64,000 bases of DNA from Synechococcales cyanobacterium VAR_4_metabat_354. GTDB lineage: Bacteria > Cyanobacteriota > Cyanobacteriia > Cyanobacteriales > Chamaesiphonaceae. The first letter of the stretch is position 1, and the number at the start of each line of letters is the position of its first letter. Location: NCBI GenBank assembly GCA_031414775.1, contig JANOQI010000062.1, positions 1-64,000 on the forward strand. Reading direction: 5' to 3'. This document shows, piece by piece, positions 49,452 to 60,886 of this stretch. Under the pieces are notes generated by a model, which saw only the letters and a list, made by a program, of their open reading frames with translations, was not told where the DNA came from and searched no databases. A program made the position numbers and the translations under genes.

Positions 49452-50618
49452 ATGCAAATTTACCTCGACTACAGTGCAACTACTCCGACCCGGCCAGAGT
49501 CGATCGCCGCAATTCAGGAGGCTTTGACGGCAGAATGGGGAAATCCCAGCAGTCTGCACCAGTGGGGAGAGCGATCAGCATTAGTATTGGAGAAAGCGCG
49601 GCTGCAAGTGGCCGCACTGATCAATGGCGATCCGAGTGGAATTATTTTTACCTCTGGTGGTACTGAAGCTAATAATCTAGCACTATTGGGGATTGCTAAA
49701 ACTTATTCTCAACCCCAACATTTAATTATTTCCAGCGTCGAACATGCGGCCATTAGCCAGCCAGCAGCTTGGCTACAAAGCCAGGGCTGGCAAGTCACTA
49801 TTTTGCCAGTAGATCGTTTTGGGTGCGTAAGTCCGCTAGATTTACAGTCATCGTTGCGCCCCAATACAGCATTGGTTTCGATCATTTATGGCCAAAGCGA
49901 AGTGGGCACTATCCAACCGATCGCATCCCTGGCCGCGATCTGCCAGGCGGCGGGGGTGTTGTTTCATACCGATGCCATTCAAGCTGTCGGTAGACTATCG
50001 ATCGATGTCCAAAGTCTAGGCGTAGATTTACTTTCTCTTTCTGGCCATAAATTTTACGGCGGCGGTGGAGTGGGAGCCTTGTACATTAAACCCGGTCTGA
50101 AAATATCACCGCTATTATTGGGCGGCGGTCAAGAACTGGGGTTCCGTTCTGGTACTCAGCCAATCGCTCAAATTGCGGGGCTGGGAGTGGCGGCGGAGTT
50201 AGCGGCGCAGGAAATCGCCACTGAAATGCCCCGGTTGGTCGGATTACGTGATCGACTGTTTCAATTACTAGCTGACTGTGCGAGCAGCGTTTCTGGCGGA
50301 AAATCGGACTTGAAACCTACGGGGCATCCCACCCAGCGATTGCCCCACCATTTGAGTTTTTGTGTGCCGGCGGGGATCACAGGCCGTCAGATTGTGCGCT
50401 CGATGAACTTGGCCGGGATTGGGATTAGTGCTGGTTCAGCTTGCAGTAGCGGTCGATCGAATCCGAGTGCGGTGTTGTTGGCGATGGGATTCGACCCCAT
50501 CACGGCGGTGGGCGGTATTCGGATCACCTTGGGGCGACTGACTACTGAAGCAGATATTGATTGGACGGCGATGGCTCTGGGTCAGATTTTAGATGCCGTC
50601 AGCCAAGATTTAGCATAA
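49452..50618 (+). CDS. iscS: Cysteine desulfurase (IscS/NifS family)
   Basis: YLDYSATTP, GNPSS, HTDA, SGHK, SAGSAC. Confidence 0.88.
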   Translation: MQIYLDYSATTPTRPESIAAIQEALTAEWGNPSSLHQWGERSALVLEKARLQVAALINGDPSGIIFTSGGTEANNLALLGIAKTYSQPQHLIISSVEHAAISQPAAWLQSQGWQVTILPVDRFGCVSPLDLQSSLRPNTALVSIIYGQSEVGTIQPIASLAAICQAAGVLFHTDAIQAVGRLSIDVQSLGVDLLSLSGHKFYGGGGVGALYIKPGLKISPLLLGGGQELGFRSGTQPIAQIAGLGVAAELAAQEIATEMPRLVGLRDRLFQLLADCASSVSGGKSDLKPTGHPTQRLPHHLSFCVPAGITGRQIVRSMNLAGIGISAGSACSSGRSNPSAVLLAMGFDPITAVGGIRITLGRLTTEADIDWTAMALGQILDAVSQDLA

Positions 50619-50626
50619 AGTCATCA

Positions 50627-51484
50627 TCATTCAATTCCGGTCGGCAAAGGCAGAAAATCTGGCCGCGCCGTTTGATTTCGCTCTAGTTTTAGCTGTAGAA
50701 CATCCCAATCTTCTTGTTCGATCGCCCGTATCGTTTCCGCTAAATCTTGCTGATAACCAGCCAACGCCCGCAACACCTCCGCCCGATTATATTTAGCCAT
50801 CATTAGCCCTAGCTCTGGATTGCCGCCCCCCACCCGACTGGTATCTTTAAAACCAGAACTAGCCAAATCCTTGGCCAACTGCAACACTTGCATCTCACCA
50901 TTGGCCACACAAGCGCTAATCAAACTACCACTGATCATCACCGGCAAATGTGAAATCCAAGCCACCGCTTGGTCGTGTTCTTCTGGTGTGGCGTAGTATA
51001 ACCGCGCCCCCAAAGCTGCCACCAAACTGGCTAATTGATCGATCGAACTCTCCCTTGTCCCAGCGACTGGCGTAATTACATAAGGCTGATCCCGAAACAT
51101 CCCCAGCTCCGCTGACTCAATCCCACTCTCCGCTTTACCAGCCATCGGATGACCACCCACAAAATGCGGCCAAATTTGGGTGGCGGCGGCCACAATCGAA
51201 CCCTTCACTGAACCGGCATCTGTCACCAGCGTTGCTGGTTTGATCAAACCGGCTAATTGTTGAACTGTCGGCACAATATTGGCGATCGGAGTACAGATGA
51301 TGATCGCCTCCATCGCGGCCAAGATTTCCAGCTCCGTCCCCGCCTGGTCAACCAGTCCCCGCCGGGTCGCCTGCTCACAGATGGCCGCTTGCCGACTAGT
51401 ACCCACCACCTGATGCCCCAGCTGCCGCAAATCCCCCGCCAGTGAAGCCCCAATTAAACCCAAGCCGACAATGCCAATTTTCAT
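50627..51484 (-). CDS. tyrA: Prephenate/arogenate dehydrogenase
   Basis: GLGLIGAS, DAGSVK, HPMAG, SHLP, GFKDTSR. Confidence 0.92.
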   Translation of the reverse strand: MKIGIVGLGLIGASLAGDLRQLGHQVVGTSRQAAICEQATRRGLVDQAGTELEILAAMEAIIICTPIANIVPTVQQLAGLIKPATLVTDAGSVKGSIVAAATQIWPHFVGGHPMAGKAESGIESAELGMFRDQPYVITPVAGTRESSIDQLASLVAALGARLYYATPEEHDQAVAWISHLPVMISGSLISACVANGEMQVLQLAKDLASSGFKDTSRVGGGNPELGLMMAKYNRAEVLRALAGYQQDLAETIRAIEQEDWDVLQLKLERNQTARPDFLPLPTGIE

Positions 51485-52506
51485 GGTTCGATCGCTACCT
51501 TAATTACCTTTCGATCGCGCATATCGGCAAAAGCTTGTCCCAAATCGGTCAGCGGCCGATGATCGCTGATTAACAATTGCCAGGGAATAGTGCCACTGGC
51601 AATTAAATCCAGTGCTGCTCGCACGTACTGGGGCGTGTTGTGAAAAACTCCTTTCAGGGTCAGTTCGCTGTAATGCAGCAGATCTGTGGACACGGTAATG
51701 TTGGTTTCCTTGGGGCAACCACCAAATAAGTTAATCGTCGCGCCCGGCCTACCACAGGCGATCGCTGTCTCCCACACCGCTGGCACGCCAGTGGCTTCGA
51801 TCACAATATCGGCTCCCCGGCCAGCGGTCTCAGATTTTACGGTGCTGGGAATATCCGTCAGATCATGATAATTCCAAGTGCAGTGGGCACCGAGCTGTTC
51901 GCCAACGGCTAGTCGATCTTTATTGCCGCCAAATAACCATACTTCTCGGCATTGCTGAGCCAATACCGCCACAAACATTAGTCCGATCGCCCCATCCCCA
52001 ATTATTACCACTTGATCGATCGGTTGGGCGTTACTACGAGCAATCCCGTGTAGTACACAGGCTAATGGCTCGGTCATCGATGCCCAAGAATCGGGTACTT
52101 GCGCTGGAATTCGCAACAGATTTTTCTGAACAATCGGGGCTGGGACTTTTAAATACTCCGCAAAGGTACCATTATTCCAAGTCAAGTTTGGGCAGAGCGA
52201 ATATTCCTGTCGATCGCAAAAAAAACAATTCGCGCAGGGTGCTGAATTATTGGCCACCACTCGATCGCCCACCTGCCAATTAGTAACCCCGGCTCCCACT
52301 TCCACAATCTTCCCTGCCGCTTCATGGCCAAACAAAGTCGGCGGCTTCAGCATTTTGGCATGACCACCCCGCCGCCACACCTTCAGATCCGTGCCACAGG
52401 TGGTCGCCGTCGCTACTTTAATAATTACTTCCCCCGCCCCAGCGGTAGGTGCCGCGACTTGTTCAAGTCGCAGGTCTTCTTGACCATAGAGAACTGCTGC
52501 AAGCAC
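51481..52506 (-). CDS. Zinc-dependent alcohol dehydrogenase
   Basis: CGTD, GHE, CxxCxxC, GDGAIG. Confidence 0.9.
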   Translation of the reverse strand: MLAAVLYGQEDLRLEQVAAPTAGAGEVIIKVATATTCGTDLKVWRRGGHAKMLKPPTLFGHEAAGKIVEVGAGVTNWQVGDRVVANNSAPCANCFFCDRQEYSLCPNLTWNNGTFAEYLKVPAPIVQKNLLRIPAQVPDSWASMTEPLACVLHGIARSNAQPIDQVVIIGDGAIGLMFVAVLAQQCREVWLFGGNKDRLAVGEQLGAHCTWNYHDLTDIPSTVKSETAGRGADIVIEATGVPAVWETAIACGRPGATINLFGGCPKETNITVSTDLLHYSELTLKGVFHNTPQYVRAALDLIASGTIPWQLLISDHRPLTDLGQAFADMRDRKVIKVAIEP

Positions 52507-52688
52507 TGGCGATCTTAATAAATTTACATAACGGCTATTTTATCAGCTAGCTGCTATTCCCAGTTTGATCTTCGTCGGCTGCCAAAGTTGTTGCAATACC
52601 AAGATTCACCTCACTCATTTGCTTGAGCTGTAGCAGGTTCAAGGTAGTAAACTACAATAAAAATAGAGTCTAAGCGAGAATTTTTTCC

Positions 52689-53108
52689 ATGGGTGAGCAG
52701 CAAAATTCGGAAGAATCCAAGCTAGTAATTGTTTACTTTGCCAACGGTACCAAGCAGTGGGTAAAAACTGGTAGTACTAATCAGTGGGCAAGAGATGGTG
52801 GTCAGGTTCATAAATTCTACGAAGGCAAAGTCTATAGCACTAGCGACGGCCGGAAAGTAAAGATGAAGCAGCATTTTAAAATGCTGAATGCGGTGTTGAT
52901 GGATATTGAAACTGGTGAGTTTTTGCCGACTGATCGCAGCGACTTACTAGATTTACTGCCCCATGAAAAATCGACAGTCCAAACTTGCAAATGGTGGGAA
53001 GTAGATTGGCAATGCGAAATTGTATTTGAAAAGAGAGTTGAGAAATCGCCCATTAAACATCGCGAAACACCGGTATTACCTCCTGACAACACTTCTGGAA
53101 TTGTGTAG
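52689..53108 (+). CDS. Hypothetical protein
   Basis: 139-aa ORF, 2 nt upstream of ispD. Confidence 0.55.
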   Translation: MGEQQNSEESKLVIVYFANGTKQWVKTGSTNQWARDGGQVHKFYEGKVYSTSDGRKVKMKQHFKMLNAVLMDIETGEFLPTDRSDLLDLLPHEKSTVQTCKWWEVDWQCEIVFEKRVEKSPIKHRETPVLPPDNTSGIV

Positions 53109-53110
53109 AT

Positions 53111-53830
53111 ATGTATTTACTAATTCCTGCGGCTGGCATGGGTCAGCGGATGAGCGAGGCTTGGGTCAGCCAAGGTGCGGCCCAGCGGAATAAGCTACTT
53201 TTGACTGTTTTAGGCAAACCAATTTTGGCTTGGACGCTACTAGCTGCCGAGTCTGCTCGATCGATCGAATGGATTGGCATTATTGCTCAACCAGAAGATT
53301 GGCCAGATATCAAAAATATTCTGCAACAACTAACTATTACCAAGCCGCTGCAACTAATTGTCGGGGGTACTACCCGCCAAGAATCAGTCTACTGTGGCTT
53401 ACAAGCTCTCCCCCCGACGGCGACTGCTGTCTTGATTCATGATGGAGCTAGATGTTTGGGTAGTGCGACTCTGATCGACAGGTGTGCCCAAGAGCTGAAT
53501 ACCTGCGATGGCTTAGTTGCCGCCGTGCCGGTCAAAGATACTATCAAGATAGTTGATCAACATCAAATTGTCACTAGTACTCCCGACAGGTCTAATCTGT
53601 GGGCAGCGCAAACCCCTCAAGGATTTAAGGTCCAGCTGCTGAAAGATTGTCATGAGCAAGGTCGGCAAATGGGCTGGACCGTAACTGACGATGCGGCGTT
53701 GTTTGAACTCTGTCACCTGCCAGTAAAAATCGTGATGGGGGAAGAAACCAACCTAAAAGTCACGACACCAGAGGATCTAGCGCTAGCCGAGTTGATCTTG
53801 AATCAACGCTTAGATGGGAAATATCGATAA
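53111..53830 (+). CDS. ispD: 2-C-methyl-D-erythritol 4-phosphate cytidylyltransferase
   Basis: PAAG.G.RM, RQESV, IHDGAR, QTPQ, TDD, KVTTPED. Confidence 0.95.
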   Translation: MYLLIPAAGMGQRMSEAWVSQGAAQRNKLLLTVLGKPILAWTLLAAESARSIEWIGIIAQPEDWPDIKNILQQLTITKPLQLIVGGTTRQESVYCGLQALPPTATAVLIHDGARCLGSATLIDRCAQELNTCDGLVAAVPVKDTIKIVDQHQIVTSTPDRSNLWAAQTPQGFKVQLLKDCHEQGRQMGWTVTDDAALFELCHLPVKIVMGEETNLKVTTPEDLALAELILNQRLDGKYR

Positions 53831-54062
53831 ACAATTAAAACTAAATTCAAATTTAACTACTGCGAGAATTGACAGCTGCCCACAGCAGTTAAATCACTAA
53901 ATCGGAGGCTAGTGTTCTATTTACCTGCATTCTGGGGAATATAAGTAAATACGATACTTTTTGATACCGAATCTTTGGTAGAGAGAGCAGAGTAATATGG
54001 TATATTCTGTCTGTATTCTCTCAACTAATGTAATTCTCCAAATATCTAGCCCCAAAAACCCT

Positions 54063-56147
54063 ATGGCTGTTTTTCCTGCCCATCACCACACTCCACTTCT
54101 GCTGGTTGTAGATGATGATGAGATCGTGAGATCGATGTTGGTAGAAAGTATGAGTCAAGAAGGCTATGAGATTGTAGAAGCCAAAAATGGGGAAGCCGCC
54201 CTAGTAACTTTCCAAGAAAGACAACCAGACATGGTGTTGCTAGATGGCATCATGCCGATGATGGACGGCTTTGACTGTTGTGCTCAACTCAAAAAGTTGC
54301 CTGGGGGAGCGCAAACTCCGGTTTTAATTATTACTGGCTTAGAAGAAACCACCTATGTCGATCGAGCATTTGAAGTAGGTGCCGCAGACTATATTACCAA
54401 GCCCATTCACTGGGCAGTACTGCGGCAGCGCGTCCGCCGCTTACTAGAGCAATCCCAACTCTACCGCGAGCTTAAAGAACAAAATCGCTTGCTAGAACAA
54501 GCCAAACAAGCAGCAGAAGCAGCTACTCGTGCCAAAAGCTCTTTTCTGGCCGCGATGAGTCATGAAATCCGCACTCCAATGAATGGCGTTATTGGGATGA
54601 CCGGTTTGCTTCTAGACACCGAGCTTAACTCTCAACAATATGAATTTGTTAATACCATCCGCAACAGTGGTGATACTCTTCTAACTTTAATTAACGATAT
54701 TTTAGATTTCTCTAAAATCGAATCAGGCAACTTAGAACTAGAGCAGCAACCCTTAAATATTCGCGACTGCATCGAAGCAACCTTAGATATGCTGGCACCC
54801 AAAGCCACCGAACAAGGTTTAGAACTAGCTTATTTTGCCCATAAAAATGTGCCCAGTAGCATCATTGGAGATGTGACCCGAATTAAGCAAATTCTCGTGA
54901 ACTTAATAGGCAATGGCTTAAAGTTCACTCCCCAAGGCGAAGTGATCGTCATGATCACCAGTCGCCTCGTCCATAAGACTGTGGGCAATAATCCAGCTAT
55001 TGCTCCTATTTACGAGATTAAATTTGCAGTACGCGATACCGGCATCGGTATTCCTGGGGATAAGCTCGATCGTCTATTCAAAGCTTTTAGTCAGGTAGAT
55101 TCTTCCACCACTCGCAATTATGGTGGCACAGGTCTTGGTTTGGCCATCAGTCGGCGGCTGGTAGAAATTATGAATGGCAAGATGTGGGTAGAAAGTGAAG
55201 AACAGCGGGGTTCTACTTTTTCCTTCACCATTACCGCTCAGGTGGCTCCCATCAGTTATGCCCAACCTAAAACCAAGCTCCGCTCATCCAGCCATTTTCA
55301 CCATAAGCGACTGCTGATTGTCGAAGATAACAGCACTCATCGCAAAATTCTCAAACACCAAGCTCAGTCTTGGGGCATGGTGCCCTATGCCACATCTTCA
55401 GGCGCAGAAGCACTACGCCTCTTGGAACTACACAACCACTTTGACTTAGCGATCCTCGACCTGCAAATGCCCGGAATGAATGGACTGGAACTGGCTCAAA
55501 GAATCAGCCAAATTCCTCAGTATCGCCAGCTACCAATCATCGTGCTTAGTGCCCTAGGGGTTAGCCCCGCCGATCTAGAAAAATCGACCGTGAGTTTTGC
55601 GGCTGTTCTGAGTAAGCCGGTGAAACAATTTCATTTGTATGAAGCTCTAGTTCAAGCACTTGGCAATCAGCCAACATTAAATCAGGAAAGAGCTACTCCC
55701 CAAGATATTCTGGCTCCCAAACAACAACTTCGCATCCTGCTAGCTGAAGACAATCCCGTTAATCAAAAAGTAGCCATGCACATGCTGAAGCGGATTGGCT
55801 ACCAAGCTGACATGGTGATGAATGGCGCCGAGGTTTTAGATCGACTGCGGATGTCTCAATATGATGTGGTGTTAATGGATTTACAAATGCCCAAAATAGA
55901 TGGACTAGAAGCTACCCGCCGCATTATTTCAGAATTTGCCCCGGAGTGTCGCCCCCAAATTATTGCGATGACTGCTAATGCCATGGATGGCGATCGAGAG
56001 GTCTGTTTGGCGGCAGGTATGAACAACTACATCACTAAGCCAGTAAAAATCGAGCAGTTAGCAGAAGTTTTGAGTCGCTGTCAGCCGCTGCTTCACTACA
56101 AACCGCTGGTGAGCACACATCAACAGCAGATCAGTCATGCCCTATAG
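54063..56147 (+). CDS. Hybrid sensor histidine kinase (REC-HisKA-HATPase-REC-REC)
   Basis: [22 protein letters not shown], three receiver domains. Confidence 0.92.
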   Translation: MAVFPAHHHTPLLLVVDDDEIVRSMLVESMSQEGYEIVEAKNGEAALVTFQERQPDMVLLDGIMPMMDGFDCCAQLKKLPGGAQTPVLIITGLEETTYVDRAFEVGAADYITKPIHWAVLRQRVRRLLEQSQLYRELKEQNRLLEQAKQAAEAATRAKSSFLAAMSHEIRTPMNGVIGMTGLLLDTELNSQQYEFVNTIRNSGDTLLTLINDILDFSKIESGNLELEQQPLNIRDCIEATLDMLAPKATEQGLELAYFAHKNVPSSIIGDVTRIKQILVNLIGNGLKFTPQGEVIVMITSRLVHKTVGNNPAIAPIYEIKFAVRDTGIGIPGDKLDRLFKAFSQVDSSTTRNYGGTGLGLAISRRLVEIMNGKMWVESEEQRGSTFSFTITAQVAPISYAQPKTKLRSSSHFHHKRLLIVEDNSTHRKILKHQAQSWGMVPYATSSGAEALRLLELHNHFDLAILDLQMPGMNGLELAQRISQIPQYRQLPIIVLSALGVSPADLEKSTVSFAAVLSKPVKQFHLYEALVQALGNQPTLNQERATPQDILAPKQQLRILLAEDNPVNQKVAMHMLKRIGYQADMVMNGAEVLDRLRMSQYDVVLMDLQMPKIDGLEATRRIISEFAPECRPQIIAMTANAMDGDREVCLAAGMNNYITKPVKIEQLAEVLSRCQPLLHYKPLVSTHQQQISHAL

Positions 56148-56538
56148 CTATCAAGTACAGTTGCGCGATACTGATGCAGCTGGAGTTGTTTATTTTGCCA
56201 ACTTGTTAGCAATTTGCCATGGAGCCTATGAATCATCGATGGCTAATGCTGGCATTAATCTGAAGGAAATGGTGACGAGTCCCCTCCTGGCACTGCCGAT
56301 CATCCACGCTAGTATCGATTTCCAGCAACCAATTTATTGTGGCGATCGACTGCAAATTCATCTGACTCCCTCTATTCATAGTAGTAATGAATTTAGGGTA
56401 AGCTATCAAATCTGTTTAGCGGCTGGTCAGGTGGCCGGTCGAGCAATTACTAAACATGTGTCGATCGATCCCGCCACCCGCAAACGGAGTAATTTGCCGC
56501 AGATGATTGTGGATTGGATCTCTGCTCATCAGAATTAG
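56137..56538 (+). CDS. 1,4-dihydroxy-2-naphthoyl-CoA thioesterase (hotdog fold)
   Basis: [26 protein letters not shown]. Confidence 0.8.
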   Translation: MPYSYQVQLRDTDAAGVVYFANLLAICHGAYESSMANAGINLKEMVTSPLLALPIIHASIDFQQPIYCGDRLQIHLTPSIHSSNEFRVSYQICLAAGQVAGRAITKHVSIDPATRKRSNLPQMIVDWISAHQN

Positions 56539-57749
56539 GATAGAGCCTGGACGGCAGCTTGGTACTGCGGATCTGTACTTAGATCACTCAAATTGCTACT
56601 GCCGTTGGGGTTAGCCAGTGCCACGATCTGTGGTTCAATTCCTTTCTTATGAATATCCCGATGATCTGGTGTTTCATACTTAGCTACGGTCACAGCTAGG
56701 CCGCTACCATCCGGTAACTCAAACAAAGACTGGATTAGACCTTTGCCAAAAGTTTTTTCGCCGACGATGACCGCTCGATCATTATCTTGCAGTGCCCCGG
56801 CCAAAATTTCACTGGCACTGGCCGTCCCCGCATTAACTAATACCGCCAAAGGAGCGCTGGTGAGCGCTTGGTGATTGGCTTCAAAATTGTCCAAAACGCC
56901 CTGGCGATTGACCGTGTAAACAATGGTGCCGGTATCCAGCCACATTCTGGCAATATCCACACCCGCTGTCACCAAGCCACCGGGGTTATCACGCAGATCC
57001 AAGATATAAGCCTTGGCTCCCTTGCCGTCTAAATTTTTAATGGCAGCAGCTACTTCTTGAGGCGCTTTGGCGCTGAACTGCGCCAGCCGAATGTAACCGA
57101 TCGACTGTTTCTTACTTGGCCGGAGTTCGGCGATCACTGGGTGTAAATCAATTTTTTGGCGCGCTAATATCACTTCCCGGGCGGGCTGTCCCGGTGACTG
57201 GATGATCAGACTAATATTGGTGCCCGCCGGGCCACGCATCCGAGCGGCGGCGGTGTCTAAATCTAGATCGGTGGTGAGAGTAGCATCTACTTGCAAGATC
57301 AGATCATGCGTTTTAATGCCTGCCCGTGCGGCGGGGGAACCAGCAATTGGCGCAATCACCTCAATTTGCTTGGTTTTTTCTTGCAGCCCAATCTGTAAAC
57401 CCACGCCAAATAGTTCGCCCGCTGTACTAACCTGAAGGCTGCGATACTGTTCTGGATTGAGAAAGCGGGTAAAAGGTTCATCTAAGCTGGCTAACATCTT
57501 CTCGATCGATTGATAAGCCGCCGCCGGATTAGTAATATTTTGCTTGATCGTGCGATCGCGCACCAGCCACCAGTTTTGATGATTAAAAGTCTCGTCGTAG
57601 TAAGCCTGATTCACCGTCCGCCAAGCTTGCAATACCAGCTGTTGCTCAGAGCTGAAAGCTAGCGCCACCGGTTGCCCCAGTAGCCAAAACCAAGCTACTT
57701 GCATTACCAACAATAGGCTGCACATCAGGCTCCGATTAACCATCTTCAC
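56535..57749 (-). CDS. ctpA: Carboxyl-terminal processing protease
   Basis: GVGL PDZ, DLRDNPGG, TASASE, FGKG; divergent from petB. Confidence 0.9.
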   Translation of the reverse strand: MKMVNRSLMCSLLLVMQVAWFWLLGQPVALAFSSEQQLVLQAWRTVNQAYYDETFNHQNWWLVRDRTIKQNITNPAAAYQSIEKMLASLDEPFTRFLNPEQYRSLQVSTAGELFGVGLQIGLQEKTKQIEVIAPIAGSPAARAGIKTHDLILQVDATLTTDLDLDTAAARMRGPAGTNISLIIQSPGQPAREVILARQKIDLHPVIAELRPSKKQSIGYIRLAQFSAKAPQEVAAAIKNLDGKGAKAYILDLRDNPGGLVTAGVDIARMWLDTGTIVYTVNRQGVLDNFEANHQALTSAPLAVLVNAGTASASEILAGALQDNDRAVIVGEKTFGKGLIQSLFELPDGSGLAVTVAKYETPDHRDIHKKGIEPQIVALANPNGSSNLSDLSTDPQYQAAVQALS

Positions 57750-58055
57750 AAATTACCTGCCAGATTAAGATTTATAAATTAACTTGATTGCGATAGTCTA
57801 ACATAGCTCTAGGCTAGCAAACACTAGACCTAGAGCTTATCTAGCGCTCTTTTTACCCTACCCGCAACCATTAAAAAGTGTTAAATTTAGTAGTGGCAGA
57901 TTAAAAAATCTCCCTCATCAGCAGCGAGAATCTAATTTTTGACCATCTACTCCTGGTGGGTGATTGAACTCTCAAGTTCTCGTTATCATCAACCGCTCCA
58001 GCGGCTTTCGCTGTTAGCGATATAATTGACAAACTCATAAAAAAATAATCACTTC

Positions 58056-58724
58056 ATGTTCACCAAGCAGGTTACTAACAGTAAAACCTACCAATGGTTT
58101 AACGAACGTCTAGAAGTGGAAGCCATCTCGGATGACATTTCTAGTAAGTACGTTCCTCCACACGTAAATATTTTCTACTGCTTAGGCGGTATCACGCTGA
58201 TGTGTTTTATCATTCAGTTTGCTACTGGCTTTGCTATGACTTTTTACTACAGCCCCACTGTGGCCGAAGCTTTTAATTCTGTCCAGTTCATCATGACTCA
58301 GGTTAACTTCGGTTGGCTGCTGCGATCGATCCACCGGTGGAGCGCCAGCATGATGGTCCTGATGATGATTCTGCACACTTTCCGGGTGTACTTAACTGGT
58401 GGCTTCAAAAAGCCCCGCGAGTTAACCTGGATTACTGGCGTCATCTTGGCAGTAATCACCGTCAGCTTTGGGGTAACTGGTTATTCCCTACCTTGGGATC
58501 AAATTGGTTACTGGGCAGTCAAAATCGTATCTGGTGTGCCTGAAGCTATTCCAGTAGTGGGCGTAGCCATGGCTGATTTGCTACGGGGTGGTTCTAGCGT
58601 TGGTCAAGCAACCCTAACTCGCTACTACAGTTTACACACTTTCGTCTTGCCTTGGTTCATTGCTGTTTTCATGTTGCTGCACTTCCTGATGATTCGGAAG
58701 CAAGGCATCAGCGGCCCATTGTAA
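58056..58724 (+). CDS. petB: Cytochrome b6
   Basis: [38 protein letters not shown]. Confidence 0.98.
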   Translation: MFTKQVTNSKTYQWFNERLEVEAISDDISSKYVPPHVNIFYCLGGITLMCFIIQFATGFAMTFYYSPTVAEAFNSVQFIMTQVNFGWLLRSIHRWSASMMVLMMILHTFRVYLTGGFKKPRELTWITGVILAVITVSFGVTGYSLPWDQIGYWAVKIVSGVPEAIPVVGVAMADLLRGGSSVGQATLTRYYSLHTFVLPWFIAVFMLLHFLMIRKQGISGPL

Positions 58725-58762
58725 GCTACAACCATTTTTGAAAAATAAAGAGTAGAAAACCT

Positions 58763-59245
58763 ATGGCAACAATTAAAAAGCCGGATCTATCAGATCCTAG
58801 TTTGCGCGCCAAACTAGCCGAAGGCATGGGACACAACTATTATGGTGAACCAGCTTGGCCAAATGACCTGCTGTATATTTTCCCAGTGGTAATGCTGGGG
58901 ACAATCGGCTGTTGTGTCGCTTTAGCTGTCCTCGACCCTGCTGTACAAGGCGAACCAGCGAATCCCTTTGCTACCCCCCTAGAAATTTTACCAGAGTGGT
59001 ATTTGTGGCCAGCATTCCAAATGCTGCGGGTATTACCTAACAAATTGTTAGGAATAGCTGCCATGTCGGGTATTCCTTTGGGCTTGTTGATCGTACCTTT
59101 TGTCGAAAACGTCAACAAGTTTCAAAATCCTTTCCGTCGTCCTCTAGCGATGGCTGTATTCCTGTTTGGGACAGTTTTCACTATTTACCTAGGTATTGGT
59201 GCGGCACTGCCGATCGACAAGTCTCTAACTTTAGGTCTATTTTAA
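58763..59245 (+). CDS. petD: Cytochrome b6f subunit IV
   Basis: [27 protein letters not shown]. Confidence 0.98.
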   Translation: MATIKKPDLSDPSLRAKLAEGMGHNYYGEPAWPNDLLYIFPVVMLGTIGCCVALAVLDPAVQGEPANPFATPLEILPEWYLWPAFQMLRVLPNKLLGIAAMSGIPLGLLIVPFVENVNKFQNPFRRPLAMAVFLFGTVFTIYLGIGAALPIDKSLTLGLF

Positions 59246-59408
59246 TTTTGGTACAACACCATTCATTCCCTAGAAATTGGGCATAGTGATGTTGTACCTC
59301 AAAATAGTTTTGATATTTTTGGGAGTCAGCTAGTGTATAACTGGCTGACTCTTTCTTAGGGAGATGTCGATCGCGTTAAAATAAAAATCAAGGTAATAAG
59401 GAGGCGTT

Positions 59409-59774
59409 GTGACGTATAACAGTCCAAAAATCTGGCAACTTAATTTAGCAGGGTTAAAACCCTTACTCAATATTATCTTGATTGCTTTGCTCCTCGGCAG
59501 TTTGGGCTTAGGTTGGCTAGTCAAATCGGCTTTATTCTTGGTAGGGTTAGTAATACTTGTGCCAGTGATTGGAATTTTAGGCTTTGCTTGGTGGTCAAAA
59601 CAAAACATCGTGCAGGATACCTGTCCGGTGTGTAGTTTCGAGCTAACGGGGCTAAATGGGACAGGGTTAGATTGTCCTAGTTGTGGTGAAGCTCTTAAGG
59701 TAGAAAATGGTCAGGTCGTACGAATCTCGCTTCCTAATACGATCGATATCGCCGCCGTGGAAGTAGAAGGCTAA
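59409..59774 (+). CDS. Membrane protein with Zn ribbon
   Basis: Two TM segments, CPVC..CPSC. Confidence 0.7.
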   Translation: MTYNSPKIWQLNLAGLKPLLNIILIALLLGSLGLGWLVKSALFLVGLVILVPVIGILGFAWWSKQNIVQDTCPVCSFELTGLNGTGLDCPSCGEALKVENGQVVRISLPNTIDIAAVEVEG

Positions 59775-59820
59775 TTTTTCAAAATTTTAATCACCCTTTT
59801 GTAATTTTCAACTTTTAACC

Positions 59821-60162
59821 ATGAGTAATCCCCAACAGCAAGAATGGCAACAGAAACTCAAAAATCTCAAAATTGAGGTGGATGCCGCCGCTGAAAATAG
59901 CCGTATTCCCGAAGTTCTACCTAAGATCGATGCTGATACTTTCAATCCGGCGGCTTGGCAAGAGCGTCTGTTTCAAACCCGTAATTGGTTTGAACAAGTT
60001 CCAGCTAGCGGCAAGTTAGCAGTGATCGCTGGTAGTGCCATTGGTGGTCTGATTTTACTCAAGACTGTTTTTCAGCTGGTAACTTCGTTAATTACTTTGG
60101 CGGTGGTCGCAGTTGGTATATCCTTTGCCTACCGCTATTTGATTACGCCCAAGGCTGATTAA
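59821..60162 (+). CDS. Hypothetical membrane protein
   Basis: 113 aa, two C-terminal TM segments. Confidence 0.65.
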   Translation: MSNPQQQEWQQKLKNLKIEVDAAAENSRIPEVLPKIDADTFNPAAWQERLFQTRNWFEQVPASGKLAVIAGSAIGGLILLKTVFQLVTSLITLAVVAVGISFAYRYLITPKAD

Positions 60163-60566
60163 GTTGATTTATTTGACATTACAGCCATCAAGCCCAAATG
60201 TTCGACAAAAGGTATAAAGTCTTTGTCGGAGAATAGCAGCGCATGTCCATTTTCGATACAGAACGTAGCTATCATTACGTCGATTGTCTTTCTGATAGTG
60301 ATTCCTTTTTTTCGTAATTCTCTAAAATTATCGGCACTCTTGATAGCCGTTATCGATCCAAGCATCTCAAATACAGTTAGCGAAGTCAGTAATCGTTTTG
60401 CTGTCTGGTAGTCACGATCCTGGCGAAGTCCTTGCAATACTTCGGCCAAAATCAGATCGCCAACACCTAGTAAATCTGTTTCCAGCAGTTTATCGAGTTT
60501 AGCCACTTCAGGAATATCCGTACCATTAAAGTAGTCAATCCAAACACTAGAATCTACAATAATCAT
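60159..60566 (-). CDS. vapC: PIN-domain toxin
   Basis: IVDSSVWID, EVLQG, KTIDVMIA, DKDF. Confidence 0.9.
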   Translation of the reverse strand: MIIVDSSVWIDYFNGTDIPEVAKLDKLLETDLLGVGDLILAEVLQGLRQDRDYQTAKRLLTSLTVFEMLGSITAIKSADNFRELRKKGITIRKTIDVMIATFCIENGHALLFSDKDFIPFVEHLGLMAVMSNKST

Positions 60567-60757
60567 CCATCAGTTCTCATCGATTCTAAATCTCCATCCC
60601 ACTGGAGCTTTCCTTTAAAATCTCGAATACTTTGTTGCTTGGATAATCTTACTAGGGTTTGCAGCGCTAATTCCACTGTCTCTTTTTTTGATTTTACGCC
60701 AGTGGCTTGCATGGCGGCATTCATCAGGTCGTCATCTATTAGTATATTAGTTCTCAT
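60563..60757 (-). CDS. vapB: VapB antitoxin
   Basis: MRTNILIDDDL..KKETVELAL..WDGDLESMR; overlaps the toxin start. Confidence 0.9.
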   Translation of the reverse strand: MRTNILIDDDLMNAAMQATGVKSKKETVELALQTLVRLSKQQSIRDFKGKLQWDGDLESMRTDG

Positions 60758-60886
60758 GCAATGTGTGTAAATAGTATTATTAATACACATTGTAACTGAA
60801 AGAGAATTTTTCGTGGAATCAGCGATCAGGTTTAACTAGATGAGACATTTAAAGTAAATCACGCCAGTTCTGGGGTAAGAAAGGGT

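Noticed and set aside
53139..53190. Apparent short N-terminal insert in IspD with TGGGTCAGC and CAGCGGA micro-repeats
   Set aside because: Probably a local duplication in a variable loop; no element features.
60159..60757. vapBC as a third cassette locus
   Set aside because: No attC or leader motif in its flanks; an ordinary solitary TA pair.
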